64,000 bases of DNA from a virus: the IMG/VR virus record IMGVR_UViG_3300045988_159959; one strand, given 5' to 3'. The translations under genes and the position numbers were made by a program. Shown in pieces: positions 7,924-18,000 of the stretch. Positions within the stretch are counted from its first letter, which is position 1. The number at the start of each line of letters is the position of its first letter. Below the pieces are notes generated by a model. It was not told where the DNA came from and did not search any database. It saw only the letters and a list, made by a program, of their open reading frames with translations.

Positions 7924-10713
7924 TTACACCATGTTTATGCTAAAACTATTGCCTGATCCGTTTTCTTCACGAAGGGTATGTATAGATAAAAAGTTTGACA
8001 TCACAATGTCGTCATGTCCTGAACTCGCTTCCAATTTCCCTTTATCGCTTCTGAAAGTAACGGATGCAAACTCACTAAACATCAACTCTATTTTTTGTCT
8101 TGTCTCCCCTTCCTTGTAAGGAACTTTAATCTGCCCTCTTTCAAACATAGCAGATAAGGATGGTAGACCGGAATAGAGGTCTTTCTTATTTCCTTCTGTT
8201 GTTGTAAACTGCTCGATATTGGAAAGCCCCCTTTCCCTTGCAAGTGCAGACAAAATTCCCTGAAAACCATTTGATTCACATACTATTTTATCCGGTTTGT
8301 ATAAGCGGTTAAAAAGAACAATCTTATCTACCTGTTCGTTATGAGACATTCCTTTCGCACGAAAATAGTTTATCAAATAAAAATTATTCGAATAGTCGAT
8401 ACCCCAAACAGAATAAACAGTGTAGTCCGCACCAATATTACCGGATACAGCAAAGTCACATCCTACCACTACTCTTTGAAGCTCAAACGGGAAAAATTCT
8501 ATACTGTCAGCAAAAGAAACCTTGTCCATTCCCACAGTTGACCTTCTTAAATACTCATAAGGGAAAATGGTTGAGTTATCAGAAATAGGGATAACCAAAT
8601 ACTCACGAGCAAATACAATAGAACCAAGTTCTATTCTTTTTGTCTTTATATCTTCAAAGGTGTACCTATCCGGTGCAAGTGGTCTGCCATCCGGGAAAAC
8701 AATAGGATATTCAAACGAATAGAAGCGTTTATCACCTTTTATCACATTGTACAATTCATTCGGAGCAGTTGAGTAAGGTGTACCGGATACAATTAAATAT
8801 CCGTATGGTTCTACAATAGGTGTAATCGTACCTCTAAAAACTTCTTTTAGTTTTTCCCTTTGCTCGTCACTATACAAAGAACTCTCGTCCGGCATATCGT
8901 CTATAATCGCCGCGCCAACGTGAAGCCCACGAATAAACCCATCCTTACCGCGAACATGAAGAATGGCTCCGTTCTCACCTTCTATCGCTGTTTCACCCAG
9001 CTTTGCTTTCCCATTCGGATCAATCTTTTCCTTTAGAATATCGTTAGTAGTGATTTCTTCTATGATCTTGTTCACATGCACTTTTGCAAGTGTCATAGTG
9101 TTTGTGATCATAGCCGTCTCTTTCCGGTTCTTATTGTCAACCGTATCACCTCCATATAACATAGGACGTGTGTAGGAATACAAACGCCACAAGGGGAAAG
9201 AGTAGCACCACATATAGCTGTTATGAACTACTGTACCGTCTGCAAGCAGAAACTTATGATCTCCATCACAGGTAAAACCGTAATAGTCGTCATCACCAAC
9301 TGGCGTTACCGTTAAAGATGAAACCTGCGTATCTTGAACTTGTTCTATAAATTCTACTTGCTTTCTTTTGATCTTTGTTGGCACGTTATGTAGCTTTCCA
9401 GAAATATGCAATCTATAAAAAACATAATCTTTCAAAACATATTCGCCTCTTTTTTCTGTTTTTACTTTAATATCCTTTCTTTCTTCCGTTACGGTTTTAC
9501 ACCTTAAACCAAGTGACCATGCTAATTGCTGAACCTGATAAGCCAAAATTTTACTTTTAGAAGAATATTCAAAACTTCTATTTGTTTTATTAAGTCCTTT
9601 CCTTTTGGCTCTGTCGGCATCACAACTTCCATCTGTATCTAATATTCCTGCCAATAGCTCCATTCTTTGCTGATAAGAAGCTCGCATATAAATATCCGGG
9701 ATATGCTTGTTTTTTATAAGATCAAGTTCTTTCAACTCTTTGTTAAGATTGATATTTCCTTCGTGAATGGAAATAGACATCTTACTTGCTCTCGTCCCAT
9801 CTTTCCAGCTTTTCACATATCCTCCAATCCTATCTGCATATCCTTTTATATATTCATATATTTCATCATCTGGATTACAAATAACAGAATTGTCCGAATA
9901 CCCATCACCCAGCCAAATTCCCAAAAAATAAGGCTCAATGGGAAGGCTCTGCTCTGGAAGTTCCCATCCGTTTACTCTATACCCCAATACCTTCTTTTGA
10001 GAATACCCAACGTGTGTTGGTATCTTTTCAACAGGAATATCTTCATATTCAATAACGGTATGGCTACGATATGGCTTAACTCCTTTTACTCTTTTTGTGT
10101 ACCTTACTCTTGCGCAAACCAAATGACCTTCGTTTACTGTATAGGACATTGCGTAAGATTGATCTACCCGATACATAGGTGCTCTACCTCTATGTAACTG
10201 CAATACCGTTCTTGGAGTTGAATCAACCCCCATCACCTTGTCCCCAACTTTAATATTTTGGATTTTCTCTATCGAACCATCCGCCATAACTATCGGAGTA
10301 TCAATAAGATTGCACTTACCGGCTCCGCGCGCGCACAAATAACTACTCCACGGAAAGAGTTGTGTAAGGTTCCCCCATTCCAAATTTCTCCATCCTAAAT
10401 TAAAATTAGAAAGGACAGTCGCATTGAAATAGTTATATGAAAGGATTCTTAGGTTTTCATCCATTGAAGCAAACAAATTATCCACATATCCCAATTTTTC
10501 AGTATCGAGAGATCGTCCAAAATTCATTGCATACTCTGTCTGATCTATAATAGTTTCAAGCATCTTGTCCATATCCCTTTTATATCCCCCTGAAAAGAGT
10601 TGAGATATAGTAGGAGAAGGAAGCCTGTCTATTATATCGTCCACAGTAGTAAACAACCTCTTTGCTTGCAAATCGGTCAGAATCCCACCTTTTGAATTAT
10701 ATACTATCGCCAT
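7924..10713 (-). CDS. terL: Terminase large subunit interrupted by a LAGLIDADG intein
   Basis: The extein joins to CARGAGK|SYMW (Walker A GxxGKS). Walker B AAIIDDMPDE. RNaseH-like nuclease motifs VVGCDFAVSG and GHDDIVMS. Confidence 0.85.
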   Translation of the reverse strand: MAIVYNSKGGILTDLQAKRLFTTVDDIIDRLPSPTISQLFSGGYKRDMDKMLETIIDQTEYAMNFGRSLDTEKLGYVDNLFASMDENLRILSYNYFNATVLSNFNLGWRNLEWGNLTQLFPWSSYLCARGAGKCNLIDTPIVMADGSIEKIQNIKVGDKVMGVDSTPRTVLQLHRGRAPMYRVDQSYAMSYTVNEGHLVCARVRYTKRVKGVKPYRSHTVIEYEDIPVEKIPTHVGYSQKKVLGYRVNGWELPEQSLPIEPYFLGIWLGDGYSDNSVICNPDDEIYEYIKGYADRIGGYVKSWKDGTRASKMSISIHEGNINLNKELKELDLIKNKHIPDIYMRASYQQRMELLAGILDTDGSCDADRAKRKGLNKTNRSFEYSSKSKILAYQVQQLAWSLGLRCKTVTEERKDIKVKTEKRGEYVLKDYVFYRLHISGKLHNVPTKIKRKQVEFIEQVQDTQVSSLTVTPVGDDDYYGFTCDGDHKFLLADGTVVHNSYMWCYSFPLWRLYSYTRPMLYGGDTVDNKNRKETAMITNTMTLAKVHVNKIIEEITTNDILKEKIDPNGKAKLGETAIEGENGAILHVRGKDGFIRGLHVGAAIIDDMPDESSLYSDEQREKLKEVFRGTITPIVEPYGYLIVSGTPYSTAPNELYNVIKGDKRFYSFEYPIVFPDGRPLAPDRYTFEDIKTKRIELGSIVFAREYLVIPISDNSTIFPYEYLRRSTVGMDKVSFADSIEFFPFELQRVVVGCDFAVSGNIGADYTVYSVWGIDYSNNFYLINYFRAKGMSHNEQVDKIVLFNRLYKPDKIVCESNGFQGILSALARERGLSNIEQFTTTEGNKKDLYSGLPSLSAMFERGQIKVPYKEGETRQKIELMFSEFASVTFRSDKGKLEASSGHDDIVMSNFLSIHTLREENGSGNSFSINMV
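9220..10314 (-). mobile_element. Intein (365 aa, Hint + LAGLIDADG homing endonuclease) inserted in the TerL P-loop
   Basis: Starts CNLIDTPIVMADGSIEKIQNIKVGDKV directly after GAGK. Contains LGIWLGDGYSD and LAGILDTDGS. Ends DGTVVHN followed by +1 Ser. Codon coordinates were checked on the DNA (TGC at 10312-10314, AAC at 9220-9222). Confidence 0.85.
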
Positions 10714-10716
10714 GCT

Positions 10717-11373
10717 TTACAAAGCAAATTTTTCTCGGAAAGGATTCTTGACCGTCATACCAGCTTGTTCGGTAGCTGTTCCTTCTCCTCGAAGTTTCTT
10801 TACGAAATTTATCATAAGTAGTGCGTTTGCATAGGTATCGTCACCGGCGCGGTGAGCATGAACCAAATCAATGCCTTCTTTGTCACAAATGGTATGTAGT
10901 TGATAGTTTTCCGATTCTGTATAAGCCATGTGAGACAATTGCATCGTATCTACCGAAAACTTTACATACTTGCTTAGATCGTCTCCCATGAACTTGAAAA
11001 AGTTCTCCAAAAAAGCATTATCAAACCCTACTATATTGTGTCCACAAAGCGTACATAATTGACGCGGGTTTTTGTACCTTTTAAAAATCTCCAGACACTT
11101 TTTGTAAGCCTCTTTTAACGAAATTGCCTTTTCATTCTGGATAGATTCAGTAATGCCATGTATTACTTCCGCTTCTGCGCTATAAACCAACCCTTCTTTA
11201 TAGTCATGTGGCAAAATCATAGACACTTCTTCACATATCTCCAGTTTTTCCATATCTATGACCACAAACGCAATTTCTATAAGTGCAATCGTATCAAAAG
11301 CCAGCCTATCCTTTGAAGGTAGACCTCCAGTCTCCACGTCATAACATATCAAATACTTACTCGAACTTTTCAT
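10717..11373 (-). CDS. DEDD-family 3'-5' exonuclease (DnaQ/epsilon-like)
   Basis: ExoI YDVETGGL, ExoII HNIVGFDNAFL, ExoIII HRAGDDTYANALL. Confidence 0.75.
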   Translation of the reverse strand: MKSSSKYLICYDVETGGLPSKDRLAFDTIALIEIAFVVIDMEKLEICEEVSMILPHDYKEGLVYSAEAEVIHGITESIQNEKAISLKEAYKKCLEIFKRYKNPRQLCTLCGHNIVGFDNAFLENFFKFMGDDLSKYVKFSVDTMQLSHMAYTESENYQLHTICDKEGIDLVHAHRAGDDTYANALLMINFVKKLRGEGTATEQAGMTVKNPFREKFAL

Positions 11374-11386
11374 TTTCTTCTCCTTT

Positions 11387-11614
11387 CTATTTTGTTTCTT
11401 TCACAAGTTTCCACAACCTTACATTGCTACCTGCCGGTACACAAGGAACAATACTCAACCCTTCTCCCAAATAGGAAGGGACTTTGCCCGTTGCCGCATA
11501 AGCCCTGATATTCCAGTATGAAAACTTTCCACCATCTTTCTTTTTATAATGCTCATTGAAATAGTCTGTCATTCCAACGAGATTCAAATTTTTTACTATA
11601 ATTTCCGTTGCCAT
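11387..11614 (-). CDS. hypothetical small protein (possible HTH DNA-binding)
   Basis: 75-aa ORF in array; weak excisionase-like pattern YWNIRAYAATGKVP. Confidence 0.4.
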   Translation of the reverse strand: MATEIIVKNLNLVGMTDYFNEHYKKKDGGKFSYWNIRAYAATGKVPSYLGEGLSIVPCVPAGSNVRLWKLVKETK

Positions 11615-11620
11615 TAATTG

Positions 11621-12025
11621 TTAATTCAACACTAATTTCAGTCTATCGAAATCACGAGAACAAGTTTCCTCGCTTTCATACCGGACATGAATGTTTTTGT
11701 AAGGATTATCCTTTAACGTTACATCGTCCGGCATTCTATTTATGATTATTTCCGGTACACCTTCATCTGTATAATCCATTTCTGCGGAAACAATAAATAT
11801 CCTTGTCAGTGCCAATTTCCCATCAGAGAACACAAACATACGCTGTTTTTTTGTATAGTCTCTTTCTGACCACTTAATACATTCTTCGGTAAAGTCAACA
11901 ATACTTTCCGTATCTTGAAGTACTATCACATCTTCCAGCTTTCCTTTCAGAACGTTTAACTTCAAATCCCCAAATAAATTTGCAATGGATTGAAGTAATA
12001 CCTCTATGTTTTCATCTATTCGCAT
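11621..12025 (-). CDS. hypothetical protein
   Basis: 134-aa ORF in array. Confidence 0.45.
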   Translation of the reverse strand: MRIDENIEVLLQSIANLFGDLKLNVLKGKLEDVIVLQDTESIVDFTEECIKWSERDYTKKQRMFVFSDGKLALTRIFIVSAEMDYTDEGVPEIIINRMPDDVTLKDNPYKNIHVRYESEETCSRDFDRLKLVLN

Positions 12026-12180
12026 ACATCCAATTCAATTAAATGTTCATATTCTCTAAGGACTTCCCTTGTTCTCCCATTCTGTACTTTCACTACCAGC
12101 ATAGTACCATCTTCCGTTTGATAGGAATCGGCTACCTCACCTTCAAAGTAGTAACATCCTTCTGTCCAACATACTGTCAT
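12016..12180 (-). CDS. hypothetical small protein (54 aa, below the ORF-track cutoff)
   Basis: My own translation: MTVCWTEGCYYFEGEVADSYQTEDGTMLVVKVQNGRTREVLREYEHLIELDVCE. It fills an otherwise empty 175-nt gap and overlaps the next start. Confidence 0.35.
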   Translation of the reverse strand: MTVCWTEGCYYFEGEVADSYQTEDGTMLVVKVQNGRTREVLREYEHLIELDVCE

Positions 12181-12200
12181 GATATTTTTTAATTTAAAAG

Positions 12201-12545
12201 TTATACAATCTCTCTTTCGTTAAATTCATGTAATCTGTGGCAAGCGGAACAAAGAAGTTCAATATTGTTCTTGTCCATCTTCAAATCCGGTCTTGCACCT
12301 CTTGATCTGATATGAGAAAAGAAAATAGCTTTCGGTTCGTCCCCTAAAGGCTTTCCACATTTTACACAAACATGTGGTCTTTCTTCCCATATCTCCATAA
12401 ATAGGGATTGAAGATCGCCCCTGCGTTCTTTGGTTGTTTCCGTATCGCATTCCTTACAGAGCCACTTCATCCTATTGTAGATATAATGGTTTTCACCACA
12501 TCTTTTACAAGGACGATACTGCCATTTCTCTTTTTTTTTCAACAT
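12201..12545 (-). CDS. HNH/NinG-like zinc-binding nuclease
   Basis: CxxC pairs (CKRCG, CKEC, CVKCG) and HIRSRGARPDLKMDKNNIELLCSACHRLHE. Confidence 0.5.
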   Translation of the reverse strand: MLKKKEKWQYRPCKRCGENHYIYNRMKWLCKECDTETTKERRGDLQSLFMEIWEERPHVCVKCGKPLGDEPKAIFFSHIRSRGARPDLKMDKNNIELLCSACHRLHEFNEREIV

Positions 12546-12546
12546 A

Positions 12547-12774
12547 TCACCAATTCCCCATTAACTTACCATCTTTCACAAAAGCCCAAAAACCTACCGG
12601 TTCCTCCTTTGTCCGTAAAGGAATAAACAGTATATCGCCAGAAGTATTCCCTCTACATAAGACTTTCTTTCCATTATTAGCAGGAACGTATCCCCACATA
12701 CCCCTTTCCAACTTTTCTTCTTCCGACAAAGAATCCAGGAATCTCTGTCTTGCTTTACGTTTTCTCTTTCCCAT
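12547..12774 (-). CDS. hypothetical protein
   Basis: 75-aa ORF, tightly packed in array. Confidence 0.4.
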   Translation of the reverse strand: MGKRKRKARQRFLDSLSEEEKLERGMWGYVPANNGKKVLCRGNTSGDILFIPLRTKEEPVGFWAFVKDGKLMGNW

Positions 12775-12775
12775 A

Positions 12776-12997
12776 CTATCTGTTTTTGTTTTGTATTCTG
12801 TTAAACCTTTCTACAATTTTGCATACATAATCCAGCTTTGCTTCACTTTCTTTGCTTGAAAAATAGATGAATCCGTAACTTTTGATCCACAATGTATTTC
12901 CAAAGCAAGCGTACCTTACAACAAACAATTCAGCTCTTTTCGTATCATAAAAACAAGGAACGATCCTTACTTCCAATTCTTTTCCTTTCTTTCCCAT
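12776..12997 (-). CDS. hypothetical protein
   Basis: 73-aa ORF, tightly packed in array. Confidence 0.4.
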   Translation of the reverse strand: MGKKGKELEVRIVPCFYDTKRAELFVVRYACFGNTLWIKSYGFIYFSSKESEAKLDYVCKIVERFNRIQNKNR

Positions 12998-13002
12998 ATT
13001 CT

Positions 13003-13500
13003 TTAGTTTTTGTACTTTTCTTCACACAGCTTTATATACCGACATCCCTTACATTTTTCGTCATGATATAAAAAACCATCGTAGCTTTCACAAAGGATAT
13101 AGCCTCTCGGAGAATTGAAATAAAGGCATCTTTCTTTGTCCAAATAGGATTCTGTGATACATTCTTCTTTCTTGATAGGATTGCAAAGATCATGCTCCAT
13201 TACAAATTTAGAAACAAACCACATATCTCTTTGCGTTCGGTTTCTCCATCTTTCAATAGCTGCCTTTCCTATTACATTTGCAAGAGGAACCATGCTCAAC
13301 TTTGACACTGACAAAAGAAAAACTTGTCTGTGGAATTGAAAGGTAAGATAGTTCCACAAATCGCCCACTATCTCGTTTTCAAGAAAATTACTTATCTTTT
13401 CCTTGTCTTTTCTTTTCATACGAAACTCGTACATAGGGTTGTTTGTCAGTTTCCCTTGTAAGTATTCGTAAATCTCCTTAAATTCTTCTTTTCTTGTCAT
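13003..13500 (-). CDS. hypothetical protein (Cys-rich C-terminus)
   Basis: 165-aa ORF; first gene after the regulatory gap 13501-13616. Confidence 0.45.
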   Translation of the reverse strand: MTRKEEFKEIYEYLQGKLTNNPMYEFRMKRKDKEKISNFLENEIVGDLWNYLTFQFHRQVFLLSVSKLSMVPLANVIGKAAIERWRNRTQRDMWFVSKFVMEHDLCNPIKKEECITESYLDKERCLYFNSPRGYILCESYDGFLYHDEKCKGCRYIKLCEEKYKN

Positions 13501-13520
13501 TGCTATCGAAATTAGATTTA

Positions 13521-13553
13521 TACAATCATTGCATACAAAAGTTGCATGTTTTA
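13521..13553 (+). promoter_or_regulatory. Inverted copy of the conserved 3753/62143 motif
   Basis: The reverse complement of 13523-13553 differs from 3755-3785 at 2 of 31 positions. On the plus strand it reads TTGCATacaaaagTTGCATGTTTT. Confidence 0.4.
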
Positions 13554-13566
13554 AGTGATAAAAGAA

Positions 13567-13585
13567 GGGGAAGTTTTTGTTCCCC
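13567..13585 (-). terminator. Rho-independent terminator hairpin
   Basis: GGGGAA-7 nt-TTCCCC, followed on the minus strand by ttcttttat. Confidence 0.55.
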
Positions 13586-13595
13586 TATCTCGTCA

Positions 13596-13616
13596 GCAAA
13601 ACTACAACTTTTGTAA
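13596..13616 (-). promoter_or_regulatory. Putative promoter / fourth copy of the motif core (-7 box TAGTTTTG)
   Basis: The reverse complement of 13597-13604 is TAGTTTTG, preceded on the minus strand by TACAAAAGTTG, with a TTTG 19 nt further upstream. Confidence 0.4.
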
Positions 13617-14183
13617 TTATTCCCAAACCAAATTAATGTTAAAAATCTCGTCAGTCTCTTTTTCAACCTTCTTGTAGCGGTTTTGAGTGTTCGTATCTCT
13701 CTCTGCCACATTGTTATAATCTTCTCGGATAATTTTTCCGTCAAGCACCCGTGAAAACCACAAACAAATTTCAGCGTCCGGTTCAAAATCACCCAATGTA
13801 ACCTTATCTTCTTCTGTAGCATCATAGAGTTGAATCCAATAGGGCTTCTCGTAAATAGAAGACGTTCTTGGTGTAACAGGATTGTCGTTTTCATCCTTGT
13901 TCATCTCTATTGCTCCTACCATGATTTTTCCATACGGATTCTCTGTTACAGCAGAAAACCACATATTGACGTTTTTAAGCGTTTCTGTGCCCTCATTTTT
14001 CAAAATGACAGCAATGTATTGATCGCGAGGATTCGCTGCCAAATTAAGGCTTATTTCATCAAATAAATTACTGAACATATCGTTAGGCACAGGGGTGGAT
14101 GATTTGTACCCACCCAAAGAATCAGAAATCTTAGTCTGCTGATTATTGTACCCTGCGCTTGTTGTATAATAAAACTTCAACAT
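13617..14183 (-). CDS. hypothetical virion/tail-fibre-module protein
   Basis: 188-aa ORF downstream of the fibre genes. Confidence 0.45.
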   Translation of the reverse strand: MLKFYYTTSAGYNNQQTKISDSLGGYKSSTPVPNDMFSNLFDEISLNLAANPRDQYIAVILKNEGTETLKNVNMWFSAVTENPYGKIMVGAIEMNKDENDNPVTPRTSSIYEKPYWIQLYDATEEDKVTLGDFEPDAEICLWFSRVLDGKIIREDYNNVAERDTNTQNRYKKVEKETDEIFNINLVWE

Positions 14184-14189
14184 AGTCCT

Positions 14190-15041
14190 TTAGCTTTTAG
14201 GAGTTGACATAAAGATGTTTCCCAGTGACCAATATTCACTTTTTACTTCATTGGAAACGGAAACTGTACCACCGGAATTTTGAACACGGGCAATATAATA
14301 TTCATCCGCTTCTTTTTCAGGTGGTGTAGAAACACTTACTTCCGGCACTAAAGAAATAACATAATCGTCATAGGTGTATAGCCCATTTCTTTGTTCAGAA
14401 GTTAAAACACCACCCAAAGGAAGTGTACCCAATACAATTACTCGAAGATTGGATTCTGCAACAAAAGTAGAAGCAGATGTAAGCAACAAGTTCTGATTGT
14501 CAATTACATTTACGATTTGATAAACCCCATTATTAATAGGAACGGAGCCATCTTGTTTTTCAAACCGGATAGAAACGGGCGTTGATGAAGATTGTCCCCT
14601 TACCTTGCCTGAAAAGTTTACAGAACCCGAAACAACACCTTGTGAGTTGACACTCACGTAACCCTTTTCGTAATTGCGTGTTTGATATCCTATTTTAACC
14701 CAATAGAAGTTGCTGTCATTTGGAACAGCAATATTGTCCTCTACACCAATATCAATAAATTCTCCTTGACTTGTAAGAGCCATACCGGGAAGAATTTTAA
14801 TTGTCCCGGAGTTCGTACCGGTTTCCACTTTGAAAGGATCAACCAAATTATCTTCATTCGTCGGCTTATTGACCGTATTCGGGCTAATCTTTGAAGGATC
14901 ATTTGTTATCATCCCAAAAGAATAAGAAGCCTGTAGCACCGCCTTCATTAGCGGTGCTGTAGCAAAGAAAGACAACATATTCGTCAATTCCTCTCTTTCC
15001 AAAAACACATTTCTGCTGATGTTAATCTTACTCATTTTCAA
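14190..15041 (-). CDS. hypothetical tail-fibre-module protein
   Basis: 283-aa ORF immediately after the 2014-aa fibre gene. Confidence 0.45.
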   Translation of the reverse strand: MKMSKINISRNVFLEREELTNMLSFFATAPLMKAVLQASYSFGMITNDPSKISPNTVNKPTNEDNLVDPFKVETGTNSGTIKILPGMALTSQGEFIDIGVEDNIAVPNDSNFYWVKIGYQTRNYEKGYVSVNSQGVVSGSVNFSGKVRGQSSSTPVSIRFEKQDGSVPINNGVYQIVNVIDNQNLLLTSASTFVAESNLRVIVLGTLPLGGVLTSEQRNGLYTYDDYVISLVPEVSVSTPPEKEADEYYIARVQNSGGTVSVSNEVKSEYWSLGNIFMSTPKS

Positions 15042-15064
15042 TATCTTTTAAAAATTAATACTTA

Positions 15065-18000
15065 CTATTTCCAACCACTTGGTACATTCTCACAATTTGT
15101 ACCATAGAATGTTTGTGAATGACTTGTCACACTACTATCCGTACTGTCTGTTATCAATCTATAGTTAGGCGAACCACTTGATAATTCGTAAACCGGTACA
15201 GTAGCCAATTTTGAACAATTATAAAACATTCTGTCCATATTCACTTTTCCTACGCCCGGTGCAGAAGCTCTTGCGAATAAAGAAGTATAAGATATCGCAT
15301 AAGCACTTTGTGTTCCAAGTGAAAGATTGGTACAACCGGAGAACATTTCTGTACAATCCAATGTGTTACCTAAAATATCCATAGGTGTATTCTCAAACTG
15401 ATTACCTCTGTCCACATTAATAGGTCTCATTGTTGTAGAAGGCATCCCCACATAATTCCCTGTTCTTCCAAAAGAAGTCAAAGAAGTACAACTTGCAAAA
15501 CATCTTCTAAGGTTAGTGAGTGTTGTCATTCCGTTAAAGAAATTTGCCGGAACCTGCTGCACTCCTGATCCTTCAAACATACTTGCAGCATTTTGTAGCT
15601 TTCCATTCTTCATATTAAAAGAAGTAATGTCAGCTACACTCTTACAATTAGCAAACATTCTTGAAGCGTTTGTTACGCTTGACGGAAGTGCTTCTCCATA
15701 CGGAATTGAAAGATATGTACAGTTCTCAAAAAGAGACTGCATGTTAGTTGCTTTCGTATTAAAAGCAAACATGGCAGTAGACCATAAATCAACAAGACTT
15801 GTACAACCCACAAAACATCCCACAAATGAAACGATATTCGTACAATTCCTAAACCATATAACAGGAAGCGAGCTTATCTTTGTACAGCCTTGAAACGTAT
15901 ATTGCATATACTTAGCGTTCGTAGCATTGCTAAATGGTGAAGATGTAGCAGAAAGCCCACCTGTATTTGTCAAAGCTGTACAATCTGCAAATACTGCATG
16001 AAAATCATCTACTCCACCCCCTCGTCCAAAAGTGCCACTTCCAACACAAGAAGCCAAACTTTTACATTCCCGGAACATAGAAGAATGGTATATACAAGAA
16101 AGGGGAACAAGTTGCCCACCCGGAAGTGATGTTACTCCACTACCATAAAAAGCACCGGCGCAAGAATTTCCTGTCATTTTAGTAAACAACCCTGACGGAA
16201 TTGATTTCAAAGACGTACAGCCTCTAAACCAACTTATAACACCTCCTGAAATAGAAGGAATTGCATTTGTAGCAATGGAAGAAAGACTTGTACAACCCAT
16301 AAAAGCACCGGGGTTTCCACCTGTAGCATCAATATTAAATGTACCCGTACTTCCTTGAATAGAAAAAGATTCAGGCCACTGCTTGATTGCTGTAGCTCTT
16401 GTATGGTTTTTGAAATTGGCACGAACTGTACCGGGACTATTTGTATTTCTACTTCCAGCTTGTACCCTCACTTCACTTCCTACAATTTCATACACACCAC
16501 TTGAAACAGAAGGTGTCTGTGGTGAACCACTATAAGTAACAATAAGGGCTTTCCATAAATAGAGGTAAATACTGCTACCGCCTGCATCCGTAATTTCTTC
16601 CCCTGTACTCACACATTGAGAATCGGAAGCAGAAGCATATACATATCCGCCGGAAGGAGAAGAAACAGTTACCCTACCACTACCATTTGTTTGTTCTGTA
16701 GTGTTAGAATAGGTTGATCCGTCCGGCGCAGTAGTTCTTACACTAACAGAAGTATAAGCCTGTAATACATTTTCTTTTCTTAAATAAATGTAAGTGGTTA
16801 CAAGATCGTAATCCAACACAAAATCAATGTACACGTCAGAACCGGACATCGCCACATTATACTTTGTCTGCGATTGATAATTGGTAGCCGTACAAGTTGC
16901 ATCGTATGTACCTGATTGAATACCTGTAAGTGTAAGTAAACCGGATGAATTTGTGTAACCACTCTTTCCTCCATAAGTTACATACGCCCTATTGATATTG
17001 TAACCATTTCTTGATTTTACAGTAATATGTGCATTGTATGTCTTATTCGATATACCAACCCTTTGCTGCGGCATGGATTCTTGATTGACCGTTACCGAAT
17101 AGGTTGTTGTCTGATAATCGTAAACAGACACTTCACACACATACGTTTTCCCCATTTGCATGGTAAAGGTAGTTGTACCATCCGATCCGGTATTCTGTGT
17201 ACTTAACCCTTCGGGCTTAATAGAAGCACCAGACACCGGAAGTCCCGTGTCCGAATTGTAAACATAGAATTGCACCCTTACTTCTTTTCGCGGCATTGCA
17301 ACATATACCGTTTTTGGAAGATCGTTCGGTTGCACCACTCCTACTTGATTTTCAAAATATTGTTTACTTGCGACCCAATTGTACAGATTTCTTGGAACTT
17401 TAAAAACAACTTGTCCATTATTCGTCAAACCTTCCTGTTCACCACTGTTCAAACTGATTTTTGTTCCATTTGAAACAGAACTATTATCTTCTGTTACCAC
17501 AAAAATAAGGTTGTATAAAATTTGAGACATATCAATAGTGACAGTCTGCGCGGCTCTATTTACAGTAAAAGACTGCTCCTTGTCGTTGTATTCTTCATAA
17601 GAAGCTACCGCCTTATATGTACCATTTGGAAGGTCTAATACAATTCCAGAAGAATCTTTTTGAGTATAGGTATGCGTTTCATCCACTACAACAGTAGCAC
17701 CCGTCAAAGCTACACCACCTGCTCCGATCACTTTAATAGTGGTTTTGTATGTCAGCCTTGCCAAATCAATAGTCAAATTAGCATCCCCATAAAACTCATA
17801 GTTCTCTACAGTTACTCTTTGATAGTCATTCGTATAGCGAATATCATAAGTATATTTACCACCTAAAACGCCTTCAAAAAGAGCCTGACCGCTATCGTCC
17901 GTTACCTTCGTAAGTCCGGCAAAAGAAACTGTAACACCCTGTAAAGGAACTTTTTCACCAGTAAAGGTGTTGTAGTCATTTACAGTAAACACCATGTTGT

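Noticed and set aside
13526-13894. 122-aa minus-strand ORF overlapping 13617..14183 in another frame
   Set aside because: It overlaps most of a better-supported ORF and extends through the terminator and motif region. Its composition is atypical. It is judged spurious.
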